Origin: Octopus bimaculoides
Taxonomy: Eukaryota
DNA length: 64,000 nt
Direction of reading: 5' to 3'
Assembly: GCF_001194135.2 (NCBI RefSeq)
Contig: NC_068981.1
Coordinates: 152,792,061-152,856,060 of the forward strand
How positions within the stretch are numbered: the stretch's first letter is position 1; every line of letters begins with the position of its first letter. Under the pieces are notes generated by a model. The model saw only the letters and a program-made list of their open reading frames with translations. It ran no database searches and was not told the origin of the DNA. Position numbers and translations under genes: made by a program. Positions 55,638-64,000 of this stretch are shown here, piece after piece.

Positions 55638-56209
55638 ATATGAGGATAATACAGAGAAACGACCTAAAAGCCCGGCAGCGACGCAGGAACGAAAATCGGA
55701 GGCCAAAGAAAAGGATGTAAGAGAACCCAGGCAAGAAAATCACCATAACAGAAATGATCCCTGTGACAAACAAAGTGATGTTGGCAGTCAACATCGAGAT
55801 TCTTCTGCTTTTGACACTGAATCAAAGTTTTCGGATTTAGAGAAGAGTAATAGATTTTACCCTTATCCAGAATTCGACAGGCATGGTATGATGCCTCCAT
55901 TTGGTATGATGCCTATGGGTTACGGTCCTCCTGACGGCATGAGACCTCCAGTGTATATGAATTATCCAGAAAAGCCTGTAGATATGTCTCGCATGACAAT
56001 GGATTTCGAAGGCAACTACATGGACAATAATGGACAATTCATGGATCCCTTAGATATGCAACAGCATAACGAAATGGATCTTCCTAGGGAGAATATGAAC
56101 TTCCGTCCTCCATATATGGACCAATTTCATGGAGATATGGATGGTTGTGTGGATATACCTCCCATGGAAATGAAACGTTACACTCAAAGACGGAAAGATG
56201 GGTTTGATG
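55638..56209 (+). CDS. Exon carrying a reflectin motif (YMNYPEKPVDMSRMTMDFEGNYMDNNGQFMDP, 55954-56049) in a charged then Met/Pro-rich segment
   Basis: Acceptor gtattttcttAG (55636-55637), consensus donor G|GTAAGT (56210-56215). 572 nt open, phase 2 in and phase 1 out. Motif is 13/22 identical, without gaps, to the N-motif of the reflectin at 2730-1633. Confidence 0.88.
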
Positions 56210-56342
56210 GTAAGTAGGAAAGAAATCCATTAAATTGTATGGTGTCTCCTTAATATAATTCATGCTTGCACATATAGACACACTTAAATTGCAAACACAG
56301 AAAACCCTTGGGATACAAACTATACATACATACATACATACA

Positions 56343-56390
<48 letters not shown>

Positions 56391-56980
56391 NNNNNNNNNN
56401 NNNNNNNNNNNNNNNNNNNNNNNNNNNNNNNNNNNNNNNNNNNNNNNNNNNNNNNNNNNNNNNNNNNNNNNNNNNNNNNNNNNNNNNNNNNNNNNNNNNN
56501 NNNNNNNNNNNNNNNNNNNNNNNNNNNNNNNNNNNNNNNNNNNNNNNNNNNNNNNNNNNNNNNNNNNNNNNNNNNNNNNNNNNNNNNNNNNNNNNNNNNN
56601 NNNNNNNNNNNNNNNNNNNNNNNNNNNNNNNNNNNNNNNNNNNNNNNNNNNNNNNNNNNNNNNNNNATAGTAGAAAGAATTATTATTATTATTATTATTA
56701 TTATTATTTTAAAAACAGTTTGATACAGCACCATGTAACTTAAAGTTTCTTAGGCTAGTTACAGGAACCTAGCTCGTCATGCTCAGAGGACGAGCTAGGT
56801 TCTCGCGATGAGCCTACGAAACCTTAACCCTTATAGGGTCGAATCAAACGGTTTTTTTTTTTAATAATAATTTATATAACTCCTACCAAAAGTGTTAAGG
56901 GTCTCTTACTTTCGCTTGTCCACTTACTCGTATGTATGTATATATGTATGTATGTATGTATGTATATATGTATGTATGTA

Positions 56981-57033
<53 letters not shown>

Positions 57034-57183
57034 NNNNNNNNNNNNNNNNNNNNNNNNNNNNNNNNNNNNNNNNNNNNNNNNNNNNNNNNNNNNNNNNNNN
57101 NNNNNNNNNNNNNNNNNNNNNNNNNNNNNNNNNNNNNNNNNNNNNNNNNNNNNNNNNNNNNNNNNNNNNNNNNNNNNNNNNNN

Positions 57184-57215
<32 letters not shown>

Positions 57216-58206
57216 ATAAACACTGTTACTTAAGTTTCGTAAAATGTTCCTGGAAGTCTTAACTATTTCATAAAATCTTCCCGTAAAAGGAAAGAAGAGG
57301 AATCATACAACAACAATATATAAATATATAAGTATATTTAAGTATATAAGTATATAAATGAATTAAGCATCAGGGTCTTACTTAATAAAGAGATGGTAAT
57401 AAAGCGTGTAAATAAATATTCATTCTCTAATGTGCCTATGCATGTTCGAAAAAAAACTACTTCTGATGTTATAGCTAACGATTTATTTATATGCAATACT
57501 TTTCATTTATTTATAATTACGCAAAGAAAAATTATATAAATGATAATATAGTAGTGTATTAATATAATGGTGATATATAATAACTGCAGGCTGATATACT
57601 CATATGCACAAAATATAGTAAATTTTTCAGTCATAAAATTTATACAATATTCGTAAGCCTATTTGTGACAAAGGTCGCGTTTCCATTACGGCTTAAAATG
57701 ATCAGACTCTAAGAGAAATCGTCCGATAATTGCCATTTGAATGGGAATATTATTTTCACTATAAAACACATATTGCTAGGTTCATACCACCCCTTTGAGA
57801 CCCAACTACAGTCTAGCTGAAAAATATAGACTAACTCATAAGTAATATAAACGTTCTAAATTCAGTGGGGGCGTTAATGAAGATGTTAATTTAATGTGTT
57901 AAACTTATATTTATTAATGTATATCGAATTATACATAGATATATTAAAGATTTACACAAATATAAGAGTTAGAACTTGTGATCCGCATGTGGAACTTTTT
58001 CTTAGGAAATTTTTGCCCGCCGCACTAAAAAGTTTCCCCGACCCTGGTTTAGAGTAGCTAACAAAAAACTGTTCCTTAGTTTATCGGAGGGAGAATTCCG
58101 TAAAAAATATGAATAGAAACTTAGCTACGATAACTACAACCTATATTACCTCATAGATATAGAGTTAAGTTATAGTAATGGATATCAAAATATTACTAAG
58201 TTTTTC

Positions 58207-58246
<40 letters not shown>

Positions 58247-58682
58247 AATTCACATGAACAATCAATTCAAATAAACGAGTGAAATTAACGGAAAACAAGA
58301 TGATGTGCACAAAAAATGTATTAGCTTGATGCTCGGTGAAAAGAGAGAAAGGGAACATTCCAAAGAAGGAAAAGAAATCGCCAACAGCACGTGTGTAATT
58401 ACATTGTTGATGTTTATGTGTGTCTGTTTATATGCGTATATACTTGTGCATGTGCACACTCACATGTGCACACTCACATGTGCACAAATTTCTCTTTGTT
58501 ACAGTTTTCGTTTGGCCATATCAGTCATCTGAAAAGGCGTGAGCTTGCAGAAACTCAAGCATAATTATTATCACTAAACCCGTTAACTTAAATATTCTTT
58601 TCTGTTAGTACTGAGTACTTTTTCACCCATTCGTTCTTATATTTAAACGACTTGTGTGCATGTATGTGTTTCTGGGTGTGGT

Positions 58683-58909
<227 letters not shown>

Positions 58910-59064
58910 GCATTACATTATAATAATGTATTTTAAATGTACACATATATATTTAATAAATATGAGCTCAGCTCCGCTGTGTCAATAGTAAATCGGATGA
59001 AATAGACATTCACGATGAACTGATAATAGCTGAAGAAACTAGTCGTATTGTAATTTACAACGTA

Positions 59065-60441
59065 CAGGGGTTGGACAAAATAATGGAAACACCTAGCATC
59101 ATAGCATCATAATTTTGAAATATCTATAAAACCGTCAAAAACTTGTTTACTTTTATGTCTTTTGATTTATTATTAATGTTGCTTAATATGTTTCGTTAAA
59201 ATTGCTGTTTCTTTTCAGATATCATCAGAGAAAGGTAATTAAAATTCATTAAAATGTCAGATCTATCGGACTTTCAAAGAGGTCAAATTGTTGGTGCTCG
59301 TATGGCAGGCGCTAGCGTAACGTAAACAGCCAAAATGTTTCGTGTATCAAGAAGTACTGTCTTGAAAGTAATGACAACCTTTGAGAAAGTGGCAAAAACA
59401 TCCTCGTCGAAACAAAACTCCGGAAGAAAACTAAAGCTTTCAGATAGGGACCGTCGGACTCTTACGCGAATTGTTAGAAAGGATCACAAAAGTACAACTC
59501 CCAAAATTACTGCAGAGCTTAATGACCACCTCGAGAACCCAGTTTCNNNNNNNNNNNNNNNNNNNNNGCTACAACCAGAAAACCATTACTTTCAAAAACA
59601 AACGTTGGAAAGCATTTAGAATGTAGTAAAAACCTACATGATTGGTTCCTAGAGCAGTGGAAGAATGTTATTTTCTCGGACGAGTCATCCTTTACTTTAT
59701 TTCCAGCCACCGGCCGAGTATACGTGTGGAGACAGCCATAAGATGCATTTGACCCAGACTGTCTTCTTCCAACTGTTAAACACGGAGGAGGATCTGTGAT
59801 GATCTGAGGGGGGGGGGGCTATATCTTGGAAATCCGCCGGCCAAATGGTTTCCCTTCATGGCAGAATTAATAATTAAGACTATTTAAGCATTTCATCTGA
59901 TCAAATTCATCCCATGGTTGCGGAACTGTTTCCGGAGAGAAACACAATCTTTTAGGCTGATAATGCACCAATTCACACAGCTAAAGCTGTTACTGAATAG
60001 CACGAGTGAAGTTGAACATCTAGTGAAGTTGAACGTCTAGTGAAGTTGAACGTCTAGTGAAGTTGAACATCTAGTGAAGTTGAACATCTAGTGAAGTTGA
60101 ACATCTAGTGAAGTTGAACATCTAGTGAAGTTGAACATCTAGTGAAGTTGAACATCTTATTTGACCACCACAGTCCCCAGATCTCAATATTATTGAACAT
60201 TTATGGTGCATTTTAGAAAAACAATTAAGGAGTCGATATCATCCACCATCATCACTTCAAGAACTGGAGACTGTTTCAGCTGAAGAATGGACAAAAGTTT
60301 CTTTGGAAACAATTCAAACTTTGTATGAATCCATACCTCGTAGAGTTCAAGCTGTAATTACTGCCAAAGGCGGTTCTACCCAATTTTAAAATTAATTTGT
60401 TTGAAATTTTAAAGTGTTTCCATTATTTTGTCCAACCCCTG
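59065..60441 (+). mobile_element. Tc1-family DNA transposon, full length but inactivated, in the intron between the reflectin-motif exon and the first transglutaminase-domain exon
   Basis: Perfect 28-bp TIRs CAGGGGTTGGACAAAATAATGGAAACAC (59065-59092 / 60414-60441) with TA on both sides. Transposase from ATG 59254 (MSDLSDFQRGQIVGAR...) with FSDES, DNAPIH and PPQSPDLNIIEHLW motifs and internal stops. Confidence 0.96.
60005..60157 (+). repeat. Tandem repeat, 9 x 17 bp (AGTGAAGTTGAACATCT), inside the Tc1 transposase
   Basis: Nine contiguous copies counted directly; copies 2 and 3 carry an A>G variant. No spacers. Confidence 0.95.
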
Positions 60442-60706
60442 TATATCTGTACATAAATTTACATACACGCATACATACTTATACCACACACACACACACA
60501 AACGATTATCTTAATCGAAGGATTAAGAAGACCACTATTGAATATAGAACTCAAAACGTTGACTTCACTCGTTTAAGAATTAGTTTGTGCGTGCGTGTGT
60601 GTGTGAGAGAGAGAGTGTGTGTGACATGCGAAATTGTAAGTAAAGCGAATACGAAAAAAACAGAAAAGGAAAATATTTTAAAGTTTAAAATATTATTATT
60701 TTTCAG

Positions 60707-60925
60707 AGATGAGTCCTCAAGAACTCATGGAAAATGGAATGCTGATCGTTACTCACGTCGACTATCACTTGGATGAAACTTTGAGGCTTCATCACACTGA
60801 CCAATATGATATTGGCCAGAATGGTCAACTGATAGTTCGACGTGGACAACCATTTATGTTGACTATTGAATTTCATGAAGAATACAACGAGGAGAAACAT
60901 AAGATAAGATTCATCTTCCAAATTG
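60707..60925 (+). CDS. Transglutaminase N-terminal beta-sandwich domain exon (MSPQELMENG...HHTDQY...LIVRRGQPFMLTIEF...FQI)
   Basis: HHT.xY and L(I/V)VRRGQPF are hallmark motifs of the transglutaminase N domain. Acceptor attattatttttcAG (60705-60706), donor G|GTTAGT (60926). Phase 1 to phase 1. Confidence 0.93.
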
Positions 60926-61143
60926 GTTAGTATTTCTGTGATCGATTACCGAATTAAAATTATTTATTTATACGCTGGCAGAATCGTTAGCCCACCGGGA
61001 AAAATGCTTAGCGGCATTTCATCCGTCTTTAGGATCTTTGTTCAAATTCCGCCGAGATCGATACTAGCTTTGAAACTAAAATTATTTATTCATTTATCTA
61101 TCAATTTACAAAACAATAATATGGTTTTCTTTGTTTCCATAAG

Positions 61144-61392
61144 GTGAACACCCTCTACCATCAAAGAAGTCTGACATCAGATTTGGCCTGACCGACAAAT
61201 GGTATCCAGAAGAATGGGGAGCAAAATTGGTGTCCAGGAGAGGCAGAATAATTACTGTCTGTGTTCACCCTGCTTGTGATTGTATTGTAGGAGTGTGGGA
61301 TTTTATGATTAAAACTACAGTAAGCGGTAAAGGAAGCTACATTTTCGACAATTTTGAGCAAATCTACATCCTCTTCAACCCTTGGTGCCAAA
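61144..61392 (+). CDS. Transglutaminase exon (GEHPLPSKKS...WGAKL...CIVGVW...IYILFNPWCQ)
   Basis: Conserved P.PSK, CIVG.W and YILFNPWC motifs. Acceptor tttgtttccatAAG, donor A|GTAAGT (61393). 249 nt, phase 1 to phase 1. Confidence 0.95.
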
Positions 61393-61508
61393 GTAAGTTG
61401 CTGGAAATAAATAGCAATCTAAGATATGTGATCTATTCGAGTATTTGTTGTTCATAGATGTGTGAGTGAAGACATGCATGCTTGACTTCTCGTGTCCAGA
61501 AGTGTACT

Positions 61509-61582
<74 letters not shown>

Positions 61583-62835
61583 CTGTATGCATGCGAGCGT
61601 GAATGCGTGCGTGTGTGCGCGCGTGTGTGTGTACGCCGTCTCATTGAATTATTTAGTTGCTACTAAATTTAACCCCTTATATGTATATGTGTATGTATGT
61701 ATGTATGCATAGCACATTCAACTGCTTTTTTATTTATTGGTCTGGTCTAGAAGTAGAGGCTGTGCCCAAACCTTCACAGGGCCTCAGTTAAGATTTTATA
61801 TGAACTGTTAACCTTCTAGGAATGAAATTCTAGGGTGGTGAGGAGTAATGTTCTGAAGCGGAAGAAATGAGCGAAGGGTTTAGTGCTGTGTATGGTGGGG
61901 ATAACGTGTGAAGGAGGTAACAGGGCTAACGTGTGTATAATATGCATAACGTGTGAAGGAGTCGAAGGAGTCAGGACTGCTTGAGTGGAGAAAGCGCGAC
62001 ACCAGCCACTTCCAAGGAGTCGAGGCCGCGACAGTAGTCGTAGAAAAAGCAAAGAGCAATAGCACGTTTGTGTGGTAGCGTAGCAGTAGTAGAGGAGGAA
62101 ACGACAAGAACGGTCCACCCCGGACGACGCTTTTGTGGGACCAACATTTTTGTGTTTGTTGTATATGCTTTGAGAGAGGTGGTGCGGTCAGACTCAAGGG
62201 TTGTCCCGGACAGCACACTTTCTAGTCACGCCAGAGAGACAGTTGTTAGAGTGTGAGGTGTGCGACTTTATAATCGCTAAATCGAATGACCTTTCTTTGG
62301 GTGTAGCCTGGTATGTCTACGTGTATAGCAACAGCGCTATGTCAGACTTGGAAGCATTACTCTATTGTTGGTTTTACGTGAGCTTTGTAGAGGATCAGTA
62401 GTTGTTGTGGGGAGGGGTACGACATCTCTGCAGAAGAAGGCAAGGCTTCGTAATGCGATTTTTACTGTAATGAGGATGTGTGTTCATCCTTAATGATAAA
62501 AGAAAGGCCTCTCATTTGAAGTCATCGTGAATTTTCTAGTTGCGTGTCGAGAGGTGGATTGTGATGGTGTATTCTTGATATGTGTAGCGATTGTGTTTTT
62601 TTTTATTTGTAAATATGTATAATCTATTATATATCTAAATGGGCAAGTATGTGTGTAAATTTGCATAAATATTATTTAAATATTAGAAAGTCTCACTTCG
62701 GATGTGATGAGAATGAAAGTGTTCGCTTTCTTATTACATTCACGGAAGGGCTTTCCAAAACATTAATTTCAGTTTTGACTTAGGCCATGTTGCATATAAA
62801 AGAGATATCTTAGTTCTATATTTAAGAGATGAGGA

Positions 62836-62979
62836 ATTATGTACATTATTTACAATTGACGGAGATTTGTCCCCATCTTGTTTGCTGTTAGCACAACGTT
62901 TTGGCTGATATACCCTCCAGCCTCCAGGTGTTTTGGGGAAATTTCGAACTTGGATTCTCATTCCTAAGGTATTTTTCGA

Positions 62980-63014
<35 letters not shown>

Positions 63015-63100
63015 TCACTACCTGGAATCGAACTCGGAATCTTGAAGTTAGTAGTCCGCGCTCTTAACCCCAAGATTCCAAGTTCGATTCCAGGCAGTGA

Positions 63101-63131
<31 letters not shown>

Positions 63132-63288
63132 GATAATAATAATAGAAAATACCTTAGGAATGAGATCCCAGGTTCGAAATTTCCCCAAGACACCTGATGA
63201 AGGCTGGAGGGTATATCAGCTGAAACGTTGTGTTAACAACAAACAAGATGAGGACAAATATCCGTTAATTGTAAATAATGTAAATAAT
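62836..63288. repeat. Long imperfect palindrome: two head-to-head copies of a Penelope-like/tRNA-headed repeat with (AAT)n; arms 62836-63044 and 63071-63288, 26-nt spacer
   Basis: The arms are reverse complements, e.g. TTCAGGTCACTACCTGGAATCGAACTCGGAATCTTG vs CAAGATTCCAAGTTCGATTCCAGGCAGTGACCTGAA. Confidence 0.92.
63189..63234 (+). ncRNA. Minimal type-I hammerhead ribozyme motif of the Penelope-element type
   Basis: GACAC-CTGATGA-A-GGCTG-loop-CAGCT-GAAA-C-G-T-T-GTGTT: stem I GACAC/GTGTT, intact CUGAUGA and GAAA core, stem II GGCTG/CAGCT, loopless stem III AC/GT, GUU cleavage triplet. Confidence 0.6.
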
Positions 63289-63421
63289 AGATATCTTATT
63301 TATGTATTCTTACCAATGCCATCCTCCTCCTCGTCTTCCTCCTTTATCCACGTCTATCTATTTCTGTCTCTTCTTTCTGTCAACATGTCTATATTTCAGT
63401 ATAAATTGTTATTCTTTCCAG

Positions 63422-63543
63422 CTGATCAAGTATACATGGAAGATAAAGACCTCCTCTATGAATATGTGCTAAATGACCATGGACACATATTTCAAGGAAG
63501 CGGATGTTCTTCCGTTTACCAGAAACCCTGGAATTATGGGCAG
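63422..63543 (+). CDS. Transglutaminase exon, start of catalytic core (TDQVYMEDKDLLYEYVLNDHGHIFQGSG...KPWNYGQ); gene continues beyond the window
   Basis: Conserved D.VY, EYVLN..G.I..G and PWN.GQ motifs. Acceptor ttattctttccAG, donor CAG|GTATGC (63544). The catalytic GQCWVF Cys lies downstream and is not in the window. Confidence 0.95.
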
Positions 63544-63716
63544 GTATGCTTTAAAAGTGACATGTTACTTTCGTTTAACACTTTTCCATCATTAAGCACA
63601 GAAAAAATAACTGAGCGTCTTCTAGCAGATCAGTTTCGGGAATACTTCTTCATCAGATTTCGTATGTGTATTTCGTGTGCAAGATTCTTGATGTGGATAC
63701 GTGTGTTGAAAGAAAT

Positions 63717-64000
63717 ACAATTAAACCTTGGGAGAGGCATTATGCCAGTAATAAACACACGCACTGGTTCAGTCCTTTATTAATTTATATAGTTTTTTGT
63801 TAAATTATTTCATTGCACTCTTGCAATCTCCTTAGTAACTTGTCTCTCCACTTCCATTTATTTAAGTGGAGAGACAAGTTACTGAAGAGATTGCAAGAGT
63901 GCAATGAAATAATTTAACAAAATACTATATAAATTAATAAAGGACTGAACCAGTGCGTGTGTTTATTACCGGCATAATGCCTCTCCCAAGGTTTAATTGT
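63717..64000. repeat. Near-perfect foldback palindrome (arms 63717-63853 and 63864-64000, 10-nt loop); may extend past the window end
   Basis: 137-nt arms with 4 mismatches by manual comparison; loop CCATTTATTT. Confidence 0.95.

Noticed and set aside
59219-59234. Possible 16-nt micro-exon inside the Tc1 (cttttcAG|...AAAG|GTAATT)
   Set aside because: It lies in transposon sequence and its length would frameshift the transglutaminase model; no supporting evidence.
60005-60157. CRISPR-like repeat array
   Set aside because: Repeats are contiguous with no unique spacers, lie inside a Tc1 element, and the DNA is eukaryotic.
63130-63783. 217-aa ORF taken as one exon
   Set aside because: Only 63422-63543 is transglutaminase-like and bounded by splice sites; the rest is repeat and intron read-through.

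Overview
AT-rich, gap-riddled animal genomic DNA from a coleoid cephalopod, most likely Octopus (inferred from the reflectin gene and the repeat landscape). Two host genes are arranged head-to-head. (1) A single-coding-exon reflectin on the minus strand (2730-1633, 365 aa) with an N-terminal motif, five full reflectin motifs and one degenerate motif. (2) The 5' part of a multi-exon transglutaminase on the plus strand, running off the right end. Main observation: six exons (52126-52231, 55286-55499, 55638-56209, 60707-60925, 61144-61392, 63422-63543) join through canonical GT-AG sites with matching phases into one open frame of 494 codons. In this model a ~298-aa Pro/Met/charged low-complexity N-terminal extension carrying a clear reflectin motif (YMNYPEKPVDMSRMTMDFEGNYMDNNGQFMDP) is fused to the transglutaminase. 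This predicts a reflectin-motif transglutaminase linked to a reflectin gene. The fusion is predicted from splice signals only, and its key intron spans assembly gaps. The rest of the window is decayed transposons (mariner, Tc1, MITEs, Penelope, CR1, RLE-type LINE, Helentron-like elements, tRNA-derived SINEs), microsatellites and N gaps. Two long hairpins and a Penelope-type minimal hammerhead ribozyme motif flank one transglutaminase exon.
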